Below are positions 26,483 to 40,197 of a stretch of 64,000 nt of DNA, piece after piece (position 1 is the stretch's first letter; every line of letters begins with the position of its first letter). The position numbers and the translations under genes were made by a program. The notes beneath the pieces were generated by a model that worked only from the letters and a program-made list of their open reading frames with translations, was not told where the DNA came from and searched no databases. Origin of the DNA: Octopus vulgaris (taxonomy: Eukaryota); the NCBI GenBank assembly GCA_951406725.2, contig OX597816.1:143468001-143532000 (forward strand), given 5' to 3'.

Positions 26483-26845
26483 GGTTTAAGTGTGTGTGTA
26501 TACGCGCGCCCTTTTTATGTGTGAGACTGTGTATATGAGTGTGTGTGTGAGACTTTGTGTGTAGGAGTGTGAGTGTGTATGTCTAGTTAGTGTTTATAAA
26601 TTAGAGGCAGTGACCTCCAAAAATCTAATTTAGAAATGCTTACGCAACGAGGAATAAATTACATTAACATTTATCTTACCAATTGTTTTTCATTCGAATG
26701 GCGTCTGTAAATCATGATCCTCAGCGATTTATTATTTTAAAAGATATGCCAAATTTTCACACCTACAGGTGGACAACAACGTGTGTCTGTGACTCTGTGT
26801 GTGTGGTGTGTGTATGTGTGTGTGTGACTGTGTGTGTGTGACTGT

Positions 26846-26885
<40 letters not shown>

Positions 26886-27003
26886 CTATTTAGTGATCTC
26901 TTCATTGCTTCGGCCAGTATGGTGAGGCCTTTGCTTTATAATACTAAACAATGTCAGGACTTTCTTCCGGAAATGATTCAAATATTATAAATAATTGAGT
27001 TAA

Positions 27004-27527
27004 CCTTTCGTGGGCCGGTGGGGCTGGAATTACACAAAGGCCATAGGAGTCCCCTTTTATTTTTGCGCATTTCCGCACTGCCCATAAAGTAATATTTGTT
27101 TATCATGTATATATGTGTGAGTGCATTATACAGAAGAAATTTAGCACTTCTTTTTATAGTTTTATAAACTATACATATAGCACTAAATATAAAATAAAAC
27201 AAAAAGAATAAAAGAAAAAAATTATATCGATTCATATCAGTACAAATACGAAGAAAATTGACTTATAGTTCATCAGAATATCTGAAAAAAGAACAGACAA
27301 AAATAATTTCACAGAAGGCCGATGGAGTCCAGTTGAACCCAATGACCATATTTTATGCTGTAACATCCATATGACAGGAAATTTTAAACTCAAAATTTGT
27401 ATGAACATACATAAGCTATTGACAATAAAAGTCATGAGATATAAAATCATTTAAATAAAAAATGTAAAAGTTGCTTAACTTTTAAAATTTGCTGGGGTCG
27501 CAAGGGACCCCGCCGGTTCACAAATGG
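27004..27527. mobile_element. piggyBac-type MITE
   Basis: TTAA|CCTTTCGTGGGCCGGTGGGG ... CCCCGCCGGTTCACAAATGG|TTAA: imperfect terminal inverted repeats with TTAA target duplication. Confidence 0.8.
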
Positions 27528-27596
27528 TTAATGTCTTTTCTTCATCGCAAAATATTTTCTAATAAAAATATTTGATGCTAACTGTCTTAAATATAT

Positions 27597-27950
27597 TGGT
27601 TTTAAGTTTTGTCACAAGGCCAGTAATTCTGAGGGATGGGATAAATCGATTACATCGACCCAAGTTCTCAACTGGTACTTAATTTATCGACCCCGAAAGT
27701 ACGAAAGGCAAAGTGTTTGGCAGTATTTCAGCTTGGAACCCAAAGATGAACGATATGCCGCTAAGCATTTTGCCCGGCGTGATTACGATTCTTAACCGCC
27801 TTAACCGCTTTCTTAACCGCTTAAAATTTTGACACTAGGATAGCGATTTCGGAGGAGGTCTTAACTCGATTACATCGATCCCAGTGCTCAACTGGTACTT
27901 ATTTTATCAACTCCAAGAGGATGAAAGGCAAAGTCGATCTCAGTGGAATC
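27597..27950 (-). mobile_element. Two tandem family A SINE copies
   Basis: CGATTACATCGA...CAACTGGTACTTA...GAAAGGCAAAGT occurs twice. Confidence 0.8.
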
Positions 27951-28559
27951 CGCGTTAAATATATCGATACTAATTTGACATAGGCTTTCATCTTATCGTG
28001 GTCAATAAAAAAAGTATCAATCCAAGGTAGTGGATTGACGGAACTTGGATGCTTTGCGGTGTTTGATCCGACTGTTTGTGTCCTGTGTTTAAATACTGCT
28101 ATTAGCTTCTTGGGGTATTAGACTTAATCCGTCACCTAATTTAACACCATCACCAGGCACCCTGGATGTTTTTAACAAACTCTGCTCTGCTGTGAGGAAC
28201 TGAGATAGATCTTCGATTCAAGGATAACTTTCTACCTGCAACCAGTTCAGAGATCTGGGTCGCGGGTAATGCTTTCTCTTCTGACGCTCCCCTAGTTCTT
28301 TCCCCAAAACTTGTTTTTCATGTGGTTAGCATCTCTGTCATTTAGGTCAGTTGTTTATTGAAGTTTTACGAATGTTTGGTGGATATTCTAACTTGTTGAT
28401 GTTAAGCCCCAAATCACTCTGATCCAGCAGACTTATGATCAAAGAATGGATCTCAGATTACACAATTAAAATGTGAAATATTGCAAGCTATTCTCGCTGG
28501 ACATGTAAATATTTGGCTACTAGTAACCTCAACAGCAGCAGTTGAACTACAGAAAATCA

Positions 28560-30281
28560 ACAAATTCTTTCTTCTTCCCCGCTCGTCTTCATCAGAAAAC
28601 AGAGAAATCTTCACTGCCTCTGCCACCACTCCTGTGCTCCACCACCAACTCTCAATATTCATTGCAGTCACCCCCAGACCCATGAAATTACACAGCAATT
28701 TCTTGCATAGCAGGATATTTCTCTACTCTTCCAAAGTCTTCAAATCTCATGGAGGCACAGCTTGAATCCACAACAGCTTTCAAGCAGCACGTGAACAATG
28801 CATTTCCAAGCTGGCGCAATCATTAGAACTTCATCTGCAATATTAAACCGACTTTTCCAAAAGTCTTCTAGTGTCACATCACTGGAAGAAGTGACCTCAA
28901 AATATTTTCTAAAGAGAGTTTTCGTTTACAGTTTTTGAAAAATTTAGAAATGACCAGCTGGTCCATGGACTGGAGAAGGGAAATGGTGTTGGGTGGCCGA
29001 GTTTACAAATCTAATTGGTCCATCAAATAAGGAGGCAAGAACATTATCCATGACTAAAAGTGTTTGAGGGGAAGATTATTGTCCTTGAGATAAAACACTT
29101 TAGACAATCACTCAGTGAAAAGATCTCTGGTTACCCAAGCTTTGTGGTTCGGCCGCCACTAGACAGCAAAATGATTCTTAAGAATGTTTGCGAATGCTCT
29201 GGAGATCCAGGATGCATACGCACAAAGAAGTAAGGCAAGCCGGTTTTTCATCGGTTTCTGTCCGGACATTGAACTCTTCTCTTTTATAATATATGTTCTA
29301 TGAGATGACTTTTCATCCAAAAGTTCCGTACCGACACAGTGGAACACATGCTGCGAAATGAAGCCATCCTTGTCAATAATGTACACACAAGCTGCCTTTT
29401 AGTACTTATTAGCAGATTCACCATGGCTCACAACACTATGAAATCCATTTCTTTATCAGATTCTGGTAAAACAATCCTTTGAAGCAAGAAAATCCAGTAC
29501 TGTAGAATCACTTTTGGGACAATTTGTTCTAAGATTATCAAAAAACTATTTGGCTTTTTCAGAAAAGACCTATTCTTTTCTTTAATTCCCCATCGAAAGT
29601 AAATTTTCCATCTCTTCAATAAAATTGTTACATGATTTATTGAGTTCGATTATTCCCATAGCTACTTGAATACTCTTTAACTTGCATTTGTTTTTCACTA
29701 TGGTGCAGATGTTGATTTTGCCATTCTGTAATCCGATCTAAATGTTGTTAACACTTGTTCCATTCATGTTTACACATTGTTTCCGTCTTCGTTTCTATGG
29801 TAATCGATTTTATCACTCGCTCCGGTCAATTTTGCAAAACATATAGAAATATTATTTTTCTATATAAAGCACGAAAATTTGCAAGCTACATGAAATTTGC
29901 AAGATACACACGTTAGCAAACTGTTCGTACACGGGCCTCCTAGTCACTTCTATGTATGCAGTCTGTTAGTGGTTTGTTGTTTAAATTCTAGCTTGGCTCA
30001 ATATAGTTTTCTTGAGAAAACCTGTTCGCTAAACAAATTGCTCATTTATAGTACTGTTCGTACTTTCCTAGTACTTATAAACGTGCATTTTCTACTTGTG
30101 GTTTGTTCAAACTTCAAATTGTTAGGCGAACGGGCCCCCAGTCACTTACAGACATGCGAAATCAGATCATGGTCAGGTAATCAAATTTCAGCCCGTTGTG
30201 CGAATTCAATTTTTTCCATAAAAACCATTCGTTGATCAATTTGTTAGTTTAGAAAACCGTTCGTATATGAGCACCCCGCTG
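28560..30281 (-). pseudogene. Tigger/pogo (Tc1-mariner superfamily) transposon remnant
   Basis: RTYIIKE..MSGQKPMKNRLALLLCA.AS, NHKAWVT, LVMDN, a PPNT..LLQSMDQ motif, and a terminal TA|CAGCGGGGTGCTCATATACGAAC at 30281. Confidence 0.85.
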
Positions 30282-31239
30282 TATCTATAATTTAAACGCA
30301 TGAACGCTTACACACTTATACATACACACACAAACACACGCATATAACACACTCATGCGGTACTTCTCTCCAGCCATCTGGTTGATAAAGCGAAGAACTG
30401 GCAGAATCGTTAGAGCGTCTGATTGAACGTCACGCAGTATTTGTCCAGACTTTTTGCGGTCTCAGATCAATTCCTGCAGAAGTAGTTTACCCTTTCATCG
30501 TAGGAGCGGTGGGCTGGGGGAAAGGAAAGACAGTTGAACTGATGCTTTGCGGTATTTGTTTCGGCTCTTTGCTTGCTGAGTTTGAATCCCATCTCGGTGC
30601 CACATGTCCTTATTTTGCTGCCAGTTTAAGGATAAATGTAGTAGGAGGCTAGATCAGTGGAATGCTAGTAATAGCAGTGAAGTTTTAATTAATTAAATCC
30701 CTCCCTTTTCATACATATATACATACATGCGTGCATACGATGGGCTTCTGGATAGTTTTATCGAGCAAATTCGATTTACAAGCTACTCCTCAATCTAAAT
30801 CTAGATGAGATGAAACACATTTCCTAGGTGCTGTGCAGTGGAATCGAACTCGGAAATATACGATTGCAAAGCAAACTTGTTATCCCACATCCCCATCCAC
30901 ACATACAGAGGTAAGTATAGCCGACATTTAGGAACTTTGGAGCTGAAACAGAATCTACCAGTTTTATTATTACCTAGAAATTCATCAGATTTTCTCCCCC
31001 TCCCTCCCAAATTGTCGATGATTGTAGAAGTTAACGACTTATAATCATTTGTAAAATGACAACGAAACATTTGATCTATCTACCGAGATTCTGAAAAGGC
31101 TGGTATCCTATTTATCCAAAGCTGTGAGAAAGTCGCTTTTTAGAGTTACTCGTTTTGATTCATTTGTCGCCAGAAGTCCGGGAGTGAGAAGCTTCGATTG
31201 GCAATTCACTCGGATTTAGTATTATATTTTATCTTTTTA

Positions 31240-31580
31240 TCTTTTACTTGCTTCAGTAATTAGACTGTGGCCACGCTGGGGCACTGCCGTGAAGAATTTT
31301 TAGCCGAATGTAGCGGTAATATTCTATCGAATTATTTTGCTGAACCGCCAAGTTACGCGGACGTGAAAATATCAGCAGCGGTTGTCATACGCTGTTCACA
31401 CACACACGCGCGCGCGCGCGTGACGGGTTTCTTCCAATTTCAGCCTACCAAATCCACTCGCAAGGCTTTGATCGGCCCGAGGCTATAGTAGAAGACATTT
31501 GCCTAAAGTACCACGCAGTGGGACCGAACCCCAAATCATGTGATTGGCAAGCAAGCTTCTTGCTGCACAACCACGCCCGC
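31240..31580 (-). mobile_element. Family B SINE
   Basis: Reverse complement of the family B head, core and tail. Confidence 0.85.
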
Positions 31581-31611
31581 GTATTGATAATTCTACAATA
31601 CCTAATAATAT

Positions 31612-32428
31612 TTGTTTCAAATTTTGGCACAAATGATCTATTTCGGGGGAGTGGGTAAGTCAATTGTAGCCACCCCCCAGTACTCAACTAGTACATATTT
31701 TATCGGCCGCGAAAGGATGAAAGGTAAAGTGGACATCTGCGGAATTTGAACTCAGAATGTGAAGACGAACGAAATGTCGTTAAGCATTTCACTCGGCGTG
31801 CTAACGATTCAGCCAGCTCACCACCTTAACACAACCTAATAATATTTTTTCTACTCTAGGCATAAGGCCCAAAATTTCTGAGGAGGGAGCTAATCGATTA
31901 GACTGACCCCCTGTACGCAACAGGTACTTGATTTATTGACCCTGAAAAGATGAAAGGCAAAGTCGACCGTGGCGGAATTTGAACTTAGAACATAAAGACA
32001 GACGAAATACCTATTGTTTTACTACCCATAAGGGGCTAAACAAAGAGCGGACAAACATGGACAGACAAACGGATTAAGTCGATTATATCGACCCCAGTGC
32101 GTAACTGGTACTTATTTAATCGACCCCGAAAGGATGAACGGTAAAGTCGACTTCGGCGGAAGTTGAACTGGGAACGTAGCGGCAGACGAAATACCTATTT
32201 CCTTACTACCCACAAGGGGCTAAGCACAAAGAGAACAAACAAGGACAGACAGATGGATTAAGTCTATTATATCGATCCCAGTGCGTAACTGGTACTTAAT
32301 TTATCGACCCCGAAAGAATGAAAGGCAAAGCCGACCTCGGCGGAATTTGAACTCAGAACGTAACGGTAGACGAAATACCGCTAGGCATTTCGCCCGGCGT
32401 GCTAACGTTTCTGCCAGCTCGCCGCCTT
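31612..32428 (-). mobile_element. Tandem array of about four family A SINE units
   Basis: The GAAAGGATGAAAGG..AAAGTCGAC..GGCGGAATTTGAACTCAGAA unit repeats, with two tail variants. Confidence 0.9.
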
Positions 32429-33317
32429 CTTACCTAATAATATTCAGAACTTTTGCTGAATTGCCGTTTCACGTCAGTGTATTATCACCAGACATTACGC
32501 ACACATACGCACGTATATACACTCAAACGCATATATGAATGTGTATGTGCGTGTGCGTGTATTCATGCACATTTTTATAAATCTATATTTAGATTTAATT
32601 TTTGTTCTAGTTGTTTAATGATGTATCTCATATTCTGCTGGTGTTCTATCTCCATATTTTTAACAGATGTGTATCACTTAACTGGACGTTGACGTCACAA
32701 CTCAACACCACACCTCAGAAGCAATGCACTGTGCAGATTTAGCGTCTTGTCTTTTCTTTTTAGTTATAACGTTTTTTCTGGTTTCTATTTCATGAATGCC
32801 GTTGGGGGAAAAACGATTAAACCAAACAAGTTTATAATCTACTCAACTCTCTCCGTTTCTCCGTCTTACGTACATACACAAATAATTAATATATAGACAC
32901 GTACACACACATAGATATAGAAATTCATGTAAATATATATGTGGTAAGTAGACACATATGAGACTCAAAAGGCATTTCTTAATTCGTTTAATCGAAGTAT
33001 TATTCACTGAGAATACATTACAACTAATTAGAAATTCACTGGGACTATGACCAATGTCTATGTGAAAGGAATAAAAAGAGAGAACGAATCTCGAATTTAC
33101 TCATATGAAAGAAATATACGAATATTATCTAACAGTAACATTCTGGAACATTTAGATTTTTGTGCGACTGCTTGCTTCTTCAGCTACTGTAAAAAGAGAC
33201 AGATTCTGGTGAAGCCTTGAAATGAGCAGTTTTTTTTTTCATATGAAGTTGAGTATAAAAAGATTATAATGCATAAGGAATACGAAATGAGTATATTTAT
33301 ATAAATAAAATAGTAAA

Positions 33318-33633
33318 GAACCCCTTCGGTCATGACTGACCATGGGATTGCGCCTAGAAAGTTCCCCGCCGAGGCACACGTCTGGGCAATGTTTTTATGG
33401 AAGACCAGCAGTCAACCATACATAACAGCCTCCCCTCTCTGTGCTACTGATGTTACCCAAGAGAATGGCAAAGGCCGATACAGCTTAACACCCGTAACGT
33501 CATTTCTACAGATGAGTGAACTGGAGTAACGTGAAATAAAGAGTCTTGCTCAAGAACGCAACACAACCTGGTCCGGGAGTTTGAACTTACTACCTCATGA
33601 TGTGAGCGCGACGCTTTAACTACTGAGCCATAT
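33318..33633 (-). mobile_element. tRNA-derived SINE family C with RTE-like 3' tail
   Basis: Minus strand reads TGGCTCAGTAGTTAAAGCG (A-box), GTTCAAACTCC (B-box), a TTGAGCAAGAC core, and tail CAATCCCATGGTCAGTCATGACCGAAGGGG. Confidence 0.7.
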
Positions 33634-34559
33634 GAATAAAAACAAAAACAGACAGCAAAATCATTTTACTGATGTAGGGAAAGCATTTCCAGAGTTCTCT
33701 ATTGAGAAAGATATTGTTAGAAAGCATAAACATTTAGGAGCGAGACAAACATGAATCTATCCTATAGCAATCACAGCAAAACTGGGCCCACACCGTACAA
33801 GCCCCAACTTTAGATTCTGCCACTGTAGAAATTTGCTAAGCTGCTATTTCAACAACAAATATCTTTACAAAACGTACTATATTCTGTGAATCTTATCACT
33901 CATTCTCCAAACGTAATCCATTAACCTAACGTTCATAGAATTCAAACTTCGCTTTATCCAATACCAACACATTTAGATCTGACAGGATTACTAACTAATC
34001 ACGTAAAAGAAATCTAATACTCCATCTTTCATCACTTGGGGTATCTTGGACTGAGTCAAACCTTACACACCAGACTTTAGATTATGCTGTGTTTATTTGT
34101 AGTCAATTTTAGGCGGTGCATTGGAAGAGTTATTAGAGTGTCGGATATAATGTCTCGCTGTATTTGTTAAAGACACGCAGCACTCTGAGTTCAAATACTG
34201 TTGAGATTAACTTTTCTTTTCATCCTATCAGATTAATAACCTAGGGAGGTGGATTGACAGAACGGTAAGTTCGGTGGTTGCAGTATTGACTCCAGCTTTT
34301 TGCGTTGTGACCTATACAAGTTGAAGATTGTTTTGGCCGCCTAGTTCAACACGGTCCCTTTGTCTTTAACGGAGTCCAGTCTGTAGCGAGTAATCGGGTT
34401 TGGTTACCATTTCGAGGGAACATTCTACCCTCCCTTCCATCACATTTGAGTGCTCTGTAAAATGTCATCAGCTGTATCTTTTAAAAGACAACAAATCTCT
34501 CTCTCTCTCGAAATGTGCTTACTATATATATATATATAAAAGGCATACAATTTGTGTGT

Positions 34560-34641
<82 letters not shown>

Positions 34642-34643
<2 letters not shown>

Positions 34644-35050
34644 GCGTGGCTGTGTGGTAAGAAGCTTTTTTCCCAACCACATGGTCCCAGATTCAATTCC
34701 ACTGCGTGGCATCTTGGGCAAGTGTCATCTACTATAGCCTCGGGCAGACCAAAGCCTTGTGAGTGGATTTGGTAGACAGAAATTGAAAGAAGCCAGTCGT
34801 ATGTATATATGTATAAATTTATGTGTGTGTCTTTCTGTTTATGTTTGTCTCCCACCCATCATCGCTTGACAACCGATGTTGGTGTGATTACGTCCTCGTA
34901 ACTTAGCGGTTCGACAAAAGATACCGACAGAATAAGTACTTAGCTTACAGGGAAAAAGTCCTGGGGTCGATTTCTTCGACTAAAACCCTTCAAGGCGGTG
35001 CTCCAGCATGGTTTCAGTCAAATGACTGAAACAAGTAAAAGAATAAAAGA
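34642..35050 (+). mobile_element. Family B SINE, full length
   Basis: Collinear with 18552-18942; ends AAGTAAAAGAATAAAAGAATA. Confidence 0.92.
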
Positions 35051-35612
35051 ATATATGATATATATATAATTGTATATATGTATTTATATGTGTACGTGTA
35101 CAAGTGTGTGCGTGTATGTATAGCTATATATGTACATGTGAACGTATATATATTTGCGTGCTTATGTGTAAGTACCTGTGTTTGTGTATTCATGCGTGAA
35201 TGTAGTAACTTGACGTTAGATAATTATTCTCACATCCACCCGCTTCCGATCAACTTCACCAGTTCCATCGCATTCAATATACAGACGCATACATGAAAAC
35301 TATGTTATTACATTCCACCCCTGCCACTCTACTCACATATTCAAGTACACGTGCACATTCAGGCTTCTCGTTTTGTCCCTCTTCTCTTTTGCATAAACTC
35401 AAATATGCATTCACGCCCTAACACCTGTTCATACTTCACCACATCGCCTTCCGTCTCCATTTCTTTTTTTCCTGCACCGCTTCCCTTCCTCTCATGTGAT
35501 ATGAATTCATATCACATATGCATGCATGCATCCGTCCATCCATACATACAGAGGGAGAGAGAGAGAGAGAGACATACACACAAACATATATATGTATGTG
35601 TATATATATATT

Positions 35613-35665
<53 letters not shown>

Positions 35666-36099
35666 GGGGTTCTGTAAGAGACTGCGTGTCTCATGAACAT
35701 AGTATACAACCCTATGAAGCACGTGTAGTTGACAACTTTGAATATGAATAGCAAGTATTAAATATAATATTTTATGACATGGTTGAATTTATATTCTGAT
35801 TTGATGAATTTTATGGTGATTTCTGTCTCTAATGATACTTTGATATATATATAATAATTCAAAGAGAGTTAGAGGTTGTGAATCCAACCAACTAAGGGAT
35901 TGTATCTATCCAATCTACTGCTGGTAAAATACCCAATTATTAATACACAAGTGTTGGTTATTGTGTGGCAATTACATTACTGAGCGTAATAAATAGGTGA
36001 GGGTAAAAATATACATATACACACTCACACATATATATATATATATATACGCACTAATACTCTCTCATACACACACACACTCTTATGTTGGGGCAAGGT

Positions 36100-36410
36100 C
36101 ATTTAACCCTATTATCTCCCCTAATTTCGCTCTTGCGTCTCACGTTTGATCTTTGACTTCTGGCCGAAATCAGATCGCCATATTGATTCGCTAGCCTCTG
36201 CACGCATTTTTTTCTCTCCTTCTTTCTGTGTTTCTTTTCTGTGTATCTTTCTGTTGAAGAGCGTAGGCTCGAAACGTAAAAGACTTGTTTTATTTATATT
36301 CCTGAGCGCCATACTAATACAATTGTTTGTTTGTATTCCACCTGCCTTCGTCTTTTGTTTATTTCCGTAAACCTGCCTTCGTCTTTTGTTTATTTTCATA
36401 AAGCTTCCCG

Positions 36411-36412
<2 letters not shown>
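36100..36412 (+). mobile_element. Penelope-like pseudo-LTR with hammerhead motif (36246-36283)
   Basis: TCTTT-CTGTTGA-A-GAGC-GTAG-GCTC-GAAACGT-A-AAAGA, ending in (TA)n. A related minus-strand copy at about 36950-37100 lacks stem II. Confidence 0.7.
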
Positions 36413-36471
<59 letters not shown>

Positions 36472-38109
36472 TATACACATATATATACACATATATATAC
36501 ACATACGCATGTACACACATACAAAAGAACCAGTTATTAGTAGGTATAACACAATATTCCTATTAGAGAGTGTATAAGAAGTGAGATAATAAGAGTAAAA
36601 TCGGAGTACGCAATAGAGTTTGAGAGGAGTACAGTTTTGTAGAAATGAGAAGGTATATGAAAGGAGAAATATATATATATTAGGGAGTATAACTCCAAAC
36701 TTACAGGGAAAAATTCAATTTAGTATTAAATCAAATTTCATTATGTATATATGTATATAAATTATAAAAAAATCACTCTTATGTAATTCAAACATATACA
36801 TACATACATACATACACATAGACATATATATTTTATGCGTTAGGAAGGGTGGATTCATGCAGTGGTTCGTATTTTCCTTGCATATAAATATACACATACA
36901 TATAAACATACGATATGTTTACAGTTGAGGGCTTGGTATTATGGTCTACATTACGTTCTTCGACAGAAAGATACACAGAAAAAAAAACAAGGAGAGAAAC
37001 AAGGAGAGAAAAAAATGCGTGTAGGAGCTAACGATCTATCATGGCGTTCTGACTTCAGGCAGAGTTCAGAGGTCAGAGGTCAGACGTTAGAAGCTAGAGG
37101 GACAGTAGGGGAGATAACAGGGTCAAGTGACTTCCAAAACGAAGGTGGCCCCGACACAAAGGTGCGTGTGTGTATAAGAGAGTATGTATGTGCGTGTGAA
37201 AGAGGGCTGGGGGTATGGACGTGTGTATTTATGTATGTGTGGGTGTGGAGATATGGGGATGGGTGTGTGGGTGGTGTGTTGTGATGTGATATGTGTATGT
37301 ATGTGTAGGTGAACGATTTCCTTCACCTTCCTCTTATAATATGATTTCATACCATATATATATATATATATGCGCACACACATCAACGACATTATCAACG
37401 TCACCAAATACACCAAATTTGGAAGTAAAAATAAATGAAAGCATTAACAATACATCTGCTGGAGTATTTGTAAGAATACGTAAACGCTACATGTGATCTT
37501 TCTGGTAAGAAAAACAAAAGAGTGAGATATATTAAATGTACTTTAACAGGAACATCGGTTAGATCGATTTCCATTGGTCAGTGGTGATTAAGTGAAGAGG
37601 GTTTACAACATATCCTGGGAGGAGCACTTGTTTTCTGAGAGGTAGTAAGATGGAAGGTCACTTCTATGAAAAGAGGAGACTAAAGAAGGATGCAGTTGCA
37701 ATCTAATGTCCTAAGAAAATGAGAATTACTCCGTCTAGAGTAGAAGAGAAGTTTATAAGAATTTTGATTTATGATAGCAAAAATTAAAAAAAAAATGGAT
37801 TTCTCATTCAAGATCTGGCGAGTTGGGACAAAAATTAGAATTTTTCCGTTAGGCAAAAAGTACATCTCTTTCTCCATTGATGAACGAAGTAGCAGTTGTT
37901 ACAATGTTCCATATATTAATACACATACACGCATGTACGAACACACACACACACACACACACACACAAATACACACACACGCAGAGTTGATAAAGAAATA
38001 ATTTCTCAGGAGAACAAGAGACATTTCCAGTGCGGAAAGAGCAGATACATACGTACATACATACATACATCCATACGTACGTACGTACATACATACATAC
38101 ATACATACA

Positions 38110-38141
<32 letters not shown>

Positions 38142-38144
38142 ATG

Positions 38145-38178
<34 letters not shown>

Positions 38179-38306
38179 TATAATATATATTATTTAGCAT
38201 AGAAATTTTGAATACAATGTTAATAATAATATATTTAAATTTATATTATAGTATTGATAATATCTTTCAGCATTAATTGAAATACTTTATGCAGGTTTTA
38301 TATCTT

Positions 38307-38348
<42 letters not shown>

Positions 38349-39590
38349 GTATGTAGTATGTATGTATGTGTGTACAAGTGCGTGTCTTTGTGTTTGTACC
38401 TGTCTCCTCCTATTACTTGACAGCCACTGTTAGTTTGTTTACGTCCCATAAGATAGCTGTTTAGCAAAAGAGACCGATACAATAATTACCACACTTTAAA
38501 AATAAGTACTAGGTCGATTTGTTCGACGAAACCGTTCGAAGCTGTGCCCCAGTATGGCCGCAGATTAATGACAGAAGCAAATAAAAGATAAAAGACAACG
38601 GATACATATACATAGAGGGGAATCAGTTTGTTGGTAAAAACGAGAGTAACAGTAGAATTTATTCTTTCCAGAAGCACACACGAGAAGTTCAATACTTTAA
38701 CGTCGGTCTATATATATTTTAATATGTATTATCAAGCTCTTATTCTAGAGATATTTCATATATCAATACCCTGGTTCTTAAGTTGTTCATCGAGTTCATT
38801 CTAAATCCTTTTTACATGAAATATTTGTTGTTATCATGAGAAATTTTATTTCAGTATTAATTTTATCATACTCATTGCGTAAGTTGGACTTTAAATAGTT
38901 TTACTGCCAAGTTTTGCAGACAGATTTCATTCTGTAAAGCAAGTTACTTTACGGACTGGTTACGACTGAATAGGATGTTTTTATTAATTTTGCTGTTTCC
39001 GTATATTTTTACTAATTATTCAATCCATTAAGCCTGATTTAAAAATAAAGCGATTTGCAGCAAGTTCACTTCATTGACAGAAAAATGAAACTTGCACTTG
39101 CTTTCTGATGAGTGGTCAATAACCCATGAGACATGTCATGGCTGCCACCTTTATTTTTCTCTATAGAAAAAAATAACATAATGTATACACATCTACTTAA
39201 ATATCTGTAGCGAAAGGTTAAAAAAACGTTGTTTAACCATTTTAAAGATATTTTAGGTTTTCTAGTATTCGCTGTGTTTTTTTAATATTAATTACTTAAA
39301 TAGACCGTCGACAACTGCACGGAATGCAAATTAGACTAACCATTACAGCAACGACCTAGCTTGTATTTGATTTAATTAGCGAATTGCTATAAATTCTGTT
39401 CGTGGATAAAAGAATGATGGGTAGTACTTGTATTCTGATTAGTAGCCAACGAACCATAAAACGTCAGGAAAATCTGTTTTCATTTTTCTGTGTTTCAAAA
39501 GAATAAAGATATATTCGCATTCCTTTAAAGTTCCATAGCGAACTGTAGCATAATTATTATATGCTTGTTTCTCTCTTTCTCTCCTGCGCA

Positions 39591-39650
<60 letters not shown>

Positions 39651-39658
<8 letters not shown>

Positions 39659-40132
39659 CAGGCCTCGACTAGAAAAGCTAAAACTTTATTCTCTCCAACG
39701 TCGCCGTGAGCGCTACATCATCTGCATGATGTGGAAAATATTCCATCAGCATTGGCCAAATGATGTTGGCATCACCTTTAAGGTACATCCAAGGCTTGGG
39801 CCCCGTGCCATCCGCCCACAACAAAAATCGCACTCTCATCTCATAACAACAATACGGCACAATTATTTCACCTCAATTGGCCCCGCTCTTTTTAACATTA
39901 CACCAAAACACATTAAAACAGAAACAGACCCTATAGGGTTCAAGAAGTCTTTGGACAGATTCCTTCAAGAAATCCCGGATAAACCTCCTACACCTGGATA
40001 TGTCTCTGTAAACAATAACTCTCTACTTGAGTGGGCCATAGTGCCCAAATTCTGACTTGAAAGACTTCACCAGGTGGTGCTATTAAGTTAGACATGGCCT
40101 GGGCCAATAATGGCCGAAACCTATCAAAGTAT

Positions 40133-40136
<4 letters not shown>
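39651..40136 (+). mobile_element. 5'-truncated CR1/L2-group LINE 3' end within (TA)n
   Basis: RLEKLKLYSLQRRRERYIIC..WKI...GPALFN...FKKSLDRFL..IPDKP is open to the stop at 40055. (TA)n flanks both ends. Confidence 0.9.
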
Positions 40137-40177
<41 letters not shown>

Positions 40178-40197
40178 TTTTATTTTAACATTTTTTA

